A stretch of DNA of 63,408 nt, counting the filler, from Corallochytrium limacisporum Hawaii (taxonomy: Eukaryota; Protista; Pluriformea), in the NCBI GenBank assembly GCA_002811645.1. It is 4 parts of 4 records of this genome, joined end to end, with 100 filler letters (N's around TTAATTAATTAA, not from the genome) between each part and the next. Parts side by side here need not be neighbours in the genome. Positions count along the whole stretch, not along the records: positions 1 to 24,879 come from PDIP01000138.1; 3 more parts are not named here. One strand, written 5' to 3'. The notes below the pieces were generated by a model. The model was not told the DNA's origin. It saw nothing but the letters and a program-made list of their open reading frames with translations, and did not search any database. Every line of letters starts with the position of its first letter. Position 1 is the stretch's first letter. Position numbers and translations under genes: made by a program. Positions 11,701-21,567 of this stretch are shown one piece after another.

Positions 11701-12127
11701 TAGAGAGATCTAGAAGAACTTCAAACTGCCCCAAGTTGGGACCCGAAGTATGCATGTTCACCCGTTTGCCTAGGACTTCCAGGACCGCCAATTATCCGCC
11801 TAATAAACTAGTCTCCAATCACTGCATCAGCTCAAATGTGATCATCGAAATACCCATCGAAATAAATTGTGCCACAATAGTGAATTGTAAGCAGCCCCCA
11901 ACCCCGGCCGCGGCTCTTCCTGTCAATGTGGTAGGGACCTCATGCGGAGCCAGTACTTTCAGACACCAAAGTATAGGGAGGGGGGCTTGGGCACGGAAAC
12001 GGCGGGAAACTCCCTCCGCAATTCCGGCAGCGCTATTGATTAAACCAAACAGTGAGACTTGGATCGCTGGGGATCGACGTATACTATCCACCCACCACTA
12101 GTGTTAATGTTCTTTAATTTTCGGAAA

Positions 12128-13279
12128 CTATGATGCACACCCAGGACATGAATGTAGCACATCGTGAATGAACATGTCACAGTCAAAGCAGAAGATCTCT
12201 TCGCACTTTGGGCACTGGCTGTATGTTTTGCGTTTCATCTGCACCCTACAGGAGTAGCAATGGATTGGGTTCCGGCTATTGAGTTTGATGTCCCGGAAAA
12301 CTGGCAGTGGGAAAATATGATGATACGACCGTGACAAATCCGCGGAAGAGATCAAGTGCAGGCCACAGACCATACACTCTACTGGCATATCGCAGTGTTT
12401 CGCATAGCACTGGGGACACTCGAACCCCTTGCTCTGCAGCTGGCGATGGCATCTGCAGAAGGCTGTGAGGAGCTTCTCAGACTTTGACGGGAATCCCATG
12501 CGGACCAGGTGCATCTCCCGATTCCCGATGAAGGCCGGCGGTGTAAGATGCTGCTTCAGTAATTCTCCAAAATGGTTCTCGTCCAGAATGATGTCGTAGC
12601 TGCCGTTCGTTTTTTTCGTCACAACTTGGCAAATGTGCATAGCAGCAGCAAGCCCGATGATAGAGACTCTGATGTTAGAGGCCACAAGCTTATCAATGGT
12701 TTCATCGATATCGCCCGGGTCGCTTGTGGTTAGTGATCCATAGATCAGGAGCAGCTCCCGACTTGTGTGGGAAGGCATGGCCTGGAGGATGTCATGTCCA
12801 AGCTCCAAGGAATTTTGTAGCGACGCTGTGCCCAGCAATTTCTTATTCTGTACATGTGACTTCAATGCTTCAATGTGTCTCGAGGGATTTCCTCCAAGGT
12901 GTGTGATCCTGTCAGCTTTCGCGTCACGTGTTACTGTCATGGCTACCTGCGAAATTGGGTTCTGATCAAAGAATGAATGCAGGAATGAATCCAGCAATTT
13001 CAAACTGCAGTCCACCCGATTAGGTTTGATGTCATTATCGCTCATTGCTTCTGAGGTGTCCAGGCATACAACCATGTGTCGCATTAGTCCTCTTTGCACC
13101 TGCTGGGCATTGCTCTGCTGCCTCCTACGCTTTGAGCGTACGGCATGGTCGGCATATTCACCCTTGCCGACACCTTCTTCATCTTCGAGCAAGACATCCC
13201 AAGTGCGTTCGTATGCTTTTTCCCAGGAGTATCCCTTACCTTCTTCATCGTCACCGATGTTTACCGGTGGCGGGGTCAT
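12128..13279 (-). CDS. GTF2H2: TFIIH subunit p44/Ssl1
   Basis: GYSWEKAYERTWD, vWA domain (FFDQNPISQ, SLQNSLE, YGSLTTSDPGDI), C-terminal Zn fingers, LSRSYHHIFP, CFDCDMFIHDVLHSCPGC. Confidence 0.96.
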   Translation of the reverse strand: MTPPPVNIGDDEEGKGYSWEKAYERTWDVLLEDEEGVGKGEYADHAVRSKRRRQQSNAQQVQRGLMRHMVVCLDTSEAMSDNDIKPNRVDCSLKLLDSFLHSFFDQNPISQVAMTVTRDAKADRITHLGGNPSRHIEALKSHVQNKKLLGTASLQNSLELGHDILQAMPSHTSRELLLIYGSLTTSDPGDIDETIDKLVASNIRVSIIGLAAAMHICQVVTKKTNGSYDIILDENHFGELLKQHLTPPAFIGNREMHLVRMGFPSKSEKLLTAFCRCHRQLQSKGFECPQCYAKHCDMPVECMVCGLHLISSADLSRSYHHIFPLPVFRDIKLNSRNPIHCYSCRVQMKRKTYSQCPKCEEIFCFDCDMFIHDVLHSCPGCAS

Positions 13280-15039
13280 CTCTTGTGTTCAACTCTTTGG
13301 CCCAAACTTACTATTCACTTCCAATCCAGTCTATCTATACTAAAAACACACCGTTGATTGTCCGGTCCCTTTCACATGTAAATATGTCCATACATCCGTC
13401 TATGAGAATACAGTTGTATGTTCCTGATTTGTCTGAATCAAGTGGCCGAGAAGATGGTACCGAGTAGGTGTGCACGGCTGTGAAGTTCACAACTTCCCTT
13501 TTTAAACCTTCGCGTATAGTCGCGGTCAAATCTACTCCTCCCCCTTCCAAGCCTCCCAATGTTAGCTGTTGGCTCCCTCCCCTTCTGAGCTCCGCAGCCA
13601 GCACCAACCTCAATATTAATCCAAATTAACTATTATATTTAGGGTTTAAGTTAATTTTACCACGAAAAAGGGACTTGGTTTTGCTCTTGCGCAGCTCTCA
13701 GTCAGCGGCTGGCTCGGCCCTATCGATTCTTCGGGCTTCTCAGTGCGGGAGTGCATTGCCGCTCTCCTGGCAGATCGCGCAGGTTCTTTTTCTACTTGCC
13801 AAACCCGTCGGGCTTCGAAATCGACGATTCGGAAACATTGCTTGCGTGCCATGGGGCTTCTCTTGGTTTCCCAGCCACTGACCACGTACGTCCCAACTGC
13901 GGTGCTCGGTACAACTGAAGACGATGTCAACGTACGCGTTCGCACTACCCGTAGGAGAGAGCCAAATGGCGCTGGGCCCTGGCTGGCTGCAGCGACCCGA
14001 CGTACCGGGCCGTTCTTGCATCGGTCATGCAAATTCTCTCCCCTCATCCTTCTTCTGCCAAAGGGGGACAGTACATTTATTACTGGATTTTGTGCTCCGC
14101 CCGAGGGGTCTCAATTCGTCCGGGTGGGAAGGGAGGGGTGGGCACCCCCCCTTCCTCCCCGTCCCCTCCGGGGCCTCTCCCTTCGCGGATGCAGATTGAA
14201 CTGCCGCCCCGAGCCCCGCTCCTGGTGTCATAGTTCATTTTTTTCTTTTTTTTTTTGGCGAACCTTTTCGCAGTTCGTGACCGGGAGGTGCTTGTGTGCG
14301 TGCTTGAAATCATTCCCGGCCACCGGGTGGTACATAGTGCTCATCCCGGAGCGGTGGTGGGCATAGCAAGACTATATGACCTGCTGCTTAGGCAGGGTGG
14401 GTGGGAAGGGGGGATTTGGGTAGTGTGCCGACGACCGTTGGGAGAACCAAACCCGAGGTGAACACGTCAATTTCTCTGCTCAGTAGTGAAATCCCTGGGA
14501 ATTATCGGGGGCATTGGGCTTTTGTGGCTTGCGGATGCGTTGGCCGCTGCGGCCACCAGATTGCCCCTCGGGCGGGTCGTCGTTTCGAGCTGGTTTTGAC
14601 CGGTGCTACTCGACCGTACGTTTTGACGAACTCGTCCACAAACTCTCCCTTCGAAAGGTACAGGTCATAGGCATTTTGTGTGCGCCGCTGCCAGTCTCAA
14701 TGGGGAAGCTGGCAATGCAATCAATTCCGGAACCGAACCGGATGCACAGGGGTGGACGGGGGGTTTCTGAGGTGCACGTCAGGAGCACCTTGGAGCGCGA
14801 AAAACGCAAGAAGCAAAACCAAAATTCCATTGGCTCTTTCCTCAGGGCGAACTGGAAGAGTTTTTTATCACTTTTTAAATGTCACTTGGTAGTGAAGAGC
14901 AAAGTGATCGATCTGCAAATGTACTACTTAACAGAAGGATGCAACCCATAATAGAGCAATCACCGTGCAGTGAACCCCCATTTCGAAACATTAATCTACA
15001 TAATTCTGGGACGGGTTTGTTTCGATAAGAATATCTAAA

Positions 15040-15918
15040 ATGGAGTACATGCCTTACGAGCCTATGGCAGGCCACGACTCCGGGACCAATGAAGACGATT
15101 CACCGAACAGCCTGCAGACCGCTCTGATCATTGCTTGCTTGGCAGTGGTGAGCACAATTCTACTTCTTGTGGGTTACCGGCTGTTCAAGGTCTCCCTCTT
15201 CCTGCTCGGTGGCATCGCAGCCTTCATGATCACAGCGAAGATCCTTTTCGACCATTCCGACCTCAAGGACGAAGTTAATTTGGGCATCAGCGCCGGTGTA
15301 GCATTCGTACTCGGGGTACTGGTCACCGTCTTCTGGCGTTATACTATCATCGTATACGGTGTTGTCATGGGCTTCTTGGTTGCAGTTGTGGCCATCTCTA
15401 CCCCTTTGTATGCCTATGTCCACAAGGACCACTTCATCTACCCGATCATGGTGGCCAGCATTCTCATCTTCTGTGCGCTGGTCATGCCCACCAAGCCCCA
15501 GAAGGGTGCCCTCATCATCTACACCTCTGTTATCGGTTCCTTGGGCATCATGTCCCTGGTCGATTCTCTGGCTGACACGGGTTTCGATGCCAGTTTGCTA
15601 GGTGCCCTGGCCCGTCTGCTGAAGACAGACCACATTCTTGGCTACCCCGCGAACCTGAAGGCTGTAGGCTGGCACAAAGACGTTGATTTTTGGGCATGCA
15701 TTGGTATGTACGCCGGATTCGGAGGCCTTGCCATTCTGGGCATAATCGTGCAAACCTTGGTGACGGCCAAGGGCTACTCTCATGTTCCTGTCAAGGCCAA
15801 GTCTGACGAGGAGCAGCCTTTGCTACCGCCGGAACCGATCACACCGCAGCAACGCCCGCCGAATCCGCGGCACGAGGAACTCCGTCAGAAGTACGGCCTC
15901 CAATCACGCAACAATTGA
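15040..15918 (+). CDS. Multi-pass membrane protein, DUF4203 (TMEM198/TM7SF3-like)
   Basis: 292 aa with about 7 hydrophobic segments; GYRLFKVSLFLLG, TSVIGS and terminal GIIVQ motifs typical of DUF4203. Confidence 0.7.
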   Translation: MEYMPYEPMAGHDSGTNEDDSPNSLQTALIIACLAVVSTILLLVGYRLFKVSLFLLGGIAAFMITAKILFDHSDLKDEVNLGISAGVAFVLGVLVTVFWRYTIIVYGVVMGFLVAVVAISTPLYAYVHKDHFIYPIMVASILIFCALVMPTKPQKGALIIYTSVIGSLGIMSLVDSLADTGFDASLLGALARLLKTDHILGYPANLKAVGWHKDVDFWACIGMYAGFGGLAILGIIVQTLVTAKGYSHVPVKAKSDEEQPLLPPEPITPQQRPPNPRHEELRQKYGLQSRNN

Positions 15919-16236
15919 AAAACACAAAGCCAAAGGCGTGGACAACGGCACGAAGTTGATGTTTAATCGATGTTCATACGGTTTTCATAAATGGAAGGGG
16001 ATATCATACTGTGGTCAATGTAACAAAGAAATTCCAGACTTTAAAGCCAAGGCAATGGCACAGTCATGACTCGACTCCGTAATACTATGAACTTGCTGGT
16101 CCGAAGATATCACAACACTCATAGAATACACGACATTTTTTTCTGATTTGAAGAACAGAAGACTTTGACAGTGGTAGAAAAGAACAATGTTTCAAGGATA
16201 CTAAGGTGCGAACAGAAATTTTCTACAAGATATATA

Positions 16237-17352
16237 TCACAGAGAACCATATATACTGCTATGCCGCTTCGCCGTGCTGGGAAGGCGGGGCATCTCGTGC
16301 TGACTCTCTTCATCGCCCAACTCCACGGCGTTCAGAATGTCCGGCATTTGTTTGTACCGCGTCAGCACCTCGCCGCGATGTCGCTGGGCTGACGGGGGGA
16401 GACCGGAGTGTCTCAGACCCGGTGGTGGGCAAATTGTAAGGGAGCCCAGGATCCAAGAGAGGTAGCCCTTCTTAGGGATCTCATCTTCCTTGAGAGGCTC
16501 AGTAAAGTCACGGGACTTTGCTCCGTTGATGTAGTCATGCTCTTCCTCGCGTCCCAAGGCGTCAAAGAACGACGCGTCCTCCACCACTCGCATGTTGTAT
16601 TCGGCAGCGATGCAATACATGAAGAACGATCGCAAGTAGTGCGCCATGGCAGAACTTTGCTTCCACAACAAGTCATTAAGCGCACAGGTCGTGAGCTCAA
16701 AGAGCACACAGTCGGTGTGCGCTGTAGCATCTAGAGTGCTGTGATGGCACCCAACGTTGATGCCACATAGGTTGATCAGATAGAAGTCAAAGAAGTGGCC
16801 ACTGCGCACCAATCGCTCCTGGGCGGTGGCATCGTGATTAGCCTTGAGGTCAAGGCTGTTGCCACTGATGCTCGAACGAACGTCACTTATGCGAAGCTCG
16901 ACAACACCGCGGATTACAATATAACACTTGCGACGACTCTCATCTAAGGTGAGGATTTCCTGACCTTCCTTGAAGTGGACGAAGCGTCCACGCTTGAGAA
17001 CCTCTCGGCACTCAAGCCGATTCATGCCACAGCGGCGATAGAAGAAGCGGTAGAGCTCCTCTCCACGAGCGTCAAATTTAAGGGGTCGTTCGTCCCACAT
17101 AAGGCGCCAGGTGGCAATGCAATGGAAGAAACCAACAAAGGTCGCAACAATGACGCCGTCCAGCGACATGTAGCCCTCCACTGACATGTATGGCCACCTT
17201 GGCAGTCCGCAGGCCGCATTGATCAGTAGGAACATATATGCAATGGAGAGACTACCTCTGATAAGTAGCAAATCTGTGAAGACCGCAGCCAACAGGAAGA
17301 AGAAGTTGGAGAACCACATCCACAGACCCGTCGGGTCGTAGAACTCAACCAT
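16237..17352 (-). CDS. Popeye-domain (POPDC/BVES-like) membrane protein with cNMP-binding-like fold
   Basis: Three N-terminal TM segments (SNFFFLLA..DLLLIR..), then ERPLKFD..EELYRFFY..GM..E, G+EIL, CYIVIRGVV and a cNMP-like beta-roll (ATAHTDCVLFE). Confidence 0.7.
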   Translation of the reverse strand: MVEFYDPTGLWMWFSNFFFLLAAVFTDLLLIRGSLSIAYMFLLINAACGLPRWPYMSVEGYMSLDGVIVATFVGFFHCIATWRLMWDERPLKFDARGEELYRFFYRRCGMNRLECREVLKRGRFVHFKEGQEILTLDESRRKCYIVIRGVVELRISDVRSSISGNSLDLKANHDATAQERLVRSGHFFDFYLINLCGINVGCHHSTLDATAHTDCVLFELTTCALNDLLWKQSSAMAHYLRSFFMYCIAAEYNMRVVEDASFFDALGREEEHDYINGAKSRDFTEPLKEDEIPKKGYLSWILGSLTICPPPGLRHSGLPPSAQRHRGEVLTRYKQMPDILNAVELGDEESQHEMPRLPSTAKRHSSIYGSL

Positions 17353-18485
17353 GTTGACTATTGAGATGTGTATGCGCTATTGGTGGTCTCGGAAAACGTA
17401 GTTTATCTGTGCATACTTTCCTCCCTGTTTCTCTCGTTGGTATTTGCTTGCAAACTGACTCTTCAAAGTATCACGGATAACATAAACTGATATTCTTATG
17501 CTGCAACGACAATGATTGGCCACACCTGTCTCCTGAATCTCTTCCTCTTATACCTGACCCCGACGCCGCGCCCCAGGAAGGTGTGGTTTATTGAAACTAA
17601 AGCTATGTACAATTACTCTTCCAAAACATGTCAATATTAGTCTGCAACATATTTGCTGAGGATAGCAGAGTCCTCAACGAAGCTTTCGGCGATCTCGACC
17701 CATGGCTCAACTAAGGAGGACTAACCGACATCCATGGTCTATCCCGATCTCCTAGACGGACAACGGGAAGCCCCCGTTGCCACTCGAACCTTCCCCCCTC
17801 CCTTCCCCGCCTCATCCTCCTCCGTATCTATCTGGGATTTCTAAATTTTTTTCCTCCGTCCCGCTAGTCCGCTCCGAGATTCCAGGGAGAACCTGCATCG
17901 CAGGGTAGGGAGACAGTCACGAAAAAAGGGGAGGACCGCGAACCGATGTGGCAGGACACCACCCCAACACAAAATTGCGCCCCCTTTCTTCTTCTCTCTC
18001 AGTGACTCTCTCACCCTCCTTCCTTCCCCCTTCAATTTCCCCACCCCCCTCCCCCCCCCTTTTCTCCCCCGCGCCCTCTCAACTTCGGTCCGGGCCTGTA
18101 GGGTGTCTTCCCGTGCGGCGGGTACTCCCACTCTGGCGCCCCCGCCACCCTGACGGTTCGAACCGGTGGTGGTATCCCGGAGCGATGTTGCCTTGTACTT
18201 TCGCGTCTCAATTCTTCCCGCCCGCCCCTTCCACGCTCGTTCTTCTTTCTTCGGCAATCACCGGCAGTGTCAAAGAGTTTGAAACATGAGCGGGTAGGTG
18301 GGCGAAACAGACACAGGAGAGGCGCGCACCACTGCTGCTCCTAATTTCCTTTCACGTTGCACAACGTCATTTATATACTATACATATTGACTATTTTGGC
18401 GCACTTGCCACGATACGTCGCTCTTGTGCTTGTGCATAGCATAATCGATCGAAGCCACCGATGGGTGATATGTATTTCTCGGTGC

Positions 18486-18488
<3 letters not shown>

Positions 18489-18529
<41 letters not shown>

Positions 18530-18719
18530 GTGTGTGTGCGTGTGTGTGTGTGTGTGTGTGTGCGTGTGTGTGTGTGTGTGTTTGTGCTGTGTGCAGTGCG
18601 TGAAGATTATCTGTTTGTGTGTGCGTGTGTGTGTGTGCGTGTGTGTGTGTGTGTGTGTGTGCGTGTGTGTGTGTGTGTGTGTTTGTGCTGTGTGCAGTGC
18701 GTGAAGATTATCTGTTTGT
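18489..18719. repeat. (TG)n microsatellite with a tandemly duplicated unit of about 100 bp
   Basis: TG tracts, each followed by TTTGTGCTGTGTGCAGTGCGTGAAGATTATCTGTTTGT (at about 18581 and 18682). Confidence 0.85.
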
Positions 18720-21044
18720 TTCTTGCGGTCCTGAAGTCAGCACCAGGCACCCTAAAACCAATGGCCTGAAACTTAGTGGTACCTTGAACACCACTACCAG
18801 ACCTCGCAGCATCGCGAGTGTGTAGAGAAACGGGTATCGTGTTGTTAGTCTAATTTAGTTGCTGACTCGCAATAGCAGAAGTGCTTTGGGAGTTCCGTTG
18901 AACAGAGCTTACGAACTCTTGACACCCCCCCCCTCCCCAGCTGCAAGTAAGCAACCGCAGATCGAATATGCATAATACACTGTTGCTACACATACACCAC
19001 TTCATGTCGAACGCAGACGAACACGTTCATGGACAGAATTGAAGCAAGCAGTCTACGTCTCCGCTGAACAGCCTGCCAGCCGCTGGTCAAGCCTTCCATA
19101 AAATCATCGATGGGTTTGAAGGCAAGAGGATGGTAGTTTGCTGCTGGATCACATTTTTTTGCGGGTAGGGATTGCCATGGAGTACATCTGCAAAGGCATA
19201 AGTGGTGTCCTATGCCATGTACGTACATGATTGTGTATAAATGCATCCTCCCAACATCCAACTCATTAACTGTATTTCATCACTGTTCCTCTGTACCGTC
19301 CTGTGTTTCGTGTTCTGGATGCTTGACGATGTTTCAATACTGATTCCCTCCGTGTGGTATACCATGCTCCCGTGTTGGTAACCCGACAGATCTAGAAATA
19401 TCCTGTACCACTATTATCAATCTACGCAACTGTAAATGGTCGAGTTTTGCGGTTGTATGAAGCACATGACCCAAGACATACAGAAACCGAACAAAGGCTT
19501 TGCCCATTTTTGTTACGGGGAGTGAACCCCACCCGGGCAAACGAACGAAAATACAAAGTTCCACAACCCTGATTTGTTACGCAAAAGCGAACGAAACAAT
19601 ACCGAAAAATATAAGCAAAAAAAAAAATAGCAACGTAGTGCAAATGGTACGCGGGTGAAATAAAAACCTACGCGGCTGGCTGTCAGGTTTCCTTTTTGTG
19701 TAGCACCCGCCCTCCCGCAGTACGTCCAACCAGCCTAAATCCCCAAGTCCCAACCCCCCCGGGGGCCGAAGGGGGGAGGGCGGATTCCTAAGAAAGCTAG
19801 AAAACAGGCAGCAGCAGGCGATTAAAAAAACACAGGCGAGGGAAAATGGGAAATCATCCAAGAGGTGAAAACCAAACCAATAAAAAAAAAACCGGCGAGA
19901 ACACCCACAAAAAAAAAAAAGGGAATTCTCGCGTTGTGCTGCGAGGATGAAAGTGTAAGGATGCACGGACGGAAGAAGCCTTACACAGTGCAAACCAAGT
20001 ACAGAAGAACCGGCCTCACCAGCTGTCCATTCACCGAGAGGCCGACGTGCTGGCTCGAGAACCATCGGGGACAATCGGAAACTGCCGACGGTACCAAATG
20101 TAACAATGCAAAAAAAAAAACTGCGGAAAAATCGGTGCTTGCTTCGCTCTCTTTCGCTCACCTTCTGTACCCGCGGTTGCCCAGCGCTCAGACATTGACA
20201 ATTTAGTTCCCCTTGTCCGACAACCTCCATACATTCATTATGAAATCTGTAAAACAAAATGGTAGCGCTGGGTGCTCTCGGCAAATCTCCCCCGGTTCAT
20301 ACCGAACACAGTGGGCCACGGCCATCCCTGCACTTCTCGGTTGGAAGAAATGGTAGCTGCTTTGGTGGAAATCAGGCCCCCAAGTATTTTATTGATCAAG
20401 GAAACGGTGAGCCAGGGGGACCTGGGTGGGTTTGATGGGTGCTAAGGTTTTCAGGGGTAGTGAACGTGCTGCTCAGTGGTGGCCAGGTAGTGAAAGTACT
20501 GGAACCGCCGTCCGGTCATTGGAAGGGCGACCTCGTCCCCCCCCCCCCCCAACAGGGGAGGCATGTGGGCTGAAGGGGGTTTGCCCTGGNNNNNNNNNNN
20601 NNNNNNNNNNNNNNNNNNNNNNNNNNNNNNNNNNNNNNNNNNNNNNNNNNNNNNNNNNNNNNNNNNNNNNNNNNNNNNNNNNNNNNNCCCCCCCCCCCAA
20701 GAGGGGAGGCATGTGGGCTGAAGGGGGTTTGCCCTGGGTCTGCACTGTGCCCAGAACCACCCTGAGTGCAACACCACGGACCCATATGAAATGGAATTTG
20801 GAAAAGAGACACTTCAAGATGGATCAGCTACTTCAATGGGTAAACTTTTTTGGAGATAGAGTCGCGCCGAATTCAACGTTCAGAAATTGTGGCAAGCAAA
20901 CAACAAAGTCATTCATTTACTGTAAGCGGAGGCGAAGAAAGCCATTCTGGGTTAGAGAATCGACATTGGATATCATGCCAATCGAGAGAGCTGGATCGTA
21001 CTGTAGTTATTTGTAGATTGCCATACAATATCATAGAACATAAT

Positions 21045-21464
21045 ATGTCTACCGAAACAGCAAAAACAACGATTCGGAATGCGCTGCGGTGGCGCATGGC
21101 CATTGTTAACAAGAACCCTAGATCTGCATACCTCCTGGGAAGCGCACCGCGACCTGTGACAGGCTATTACCACCGCTTGACTGTGGACGAAACAGGGGGA
21201 GCTTTGATTGCTCGTGTTTGGAACCAGAACGGCCATGAAATCTGCAATGCGCACACTAATGAGTACGATATTGAGAAGCACCTCTACTCGACGACGAATA
21301 TCAGCGCGGCCCGCAACCTGGGTACCATTATGGTGGCCCGCATGAAGCGTATGGGAATAGAAAGGGCATGGTTTGATGTGCAGAATAAGCGGTTCCATGG
21401 TAAGGTGGCACATTTTGTGAACACGGTGAGACACAATGGGATCTTGATCAGGGAGCTCTCATGA
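21045..21464 (+). CDS. MRPL18: Mitochondrial ribosomal protein uL18m
   Basis: NKNPRS..LG, YYHRL, AHTNEYDIEKHLYSTTNISAARNLGTIMVAR..GI; first ATG of the conserved region at 21045. Confidence 0.85.
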   Translation: MSTETAKTTIRNALRWRMAIVNKNPRSAYLLGSAPRPVTGYYHRLTVDETGGALIARVWNQNGHEICNAHTNEYDIEKHLYSTTNISAARNLGTIMVARMKRMGIERAWFDVQNKRFHGKVAHFVNTVRHNGILIRELS

Positions 21465-21567
21465 AAGGGAGCCGGGTGAATAGGGTATGAATAAGCTTTA
21501 GGTTATGTAATAACATCAATAGAGTATTGATATAAAAAACAAAAGTTATCTATCGGAGCTAGACTTC

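Noticed and set aside
18357-18825. CVCV/ERER/LSLS-rich ORFs here and at 28.7-32.6 kb and 36.6-37.9 kb
   Set aside because: Translations of microsatellites and N gaps
20536-20737. About 50-bp direct repeat on both sides of a gap
   Set aside because: Most likely unmerged overlapping contig ends at a poly-C tract
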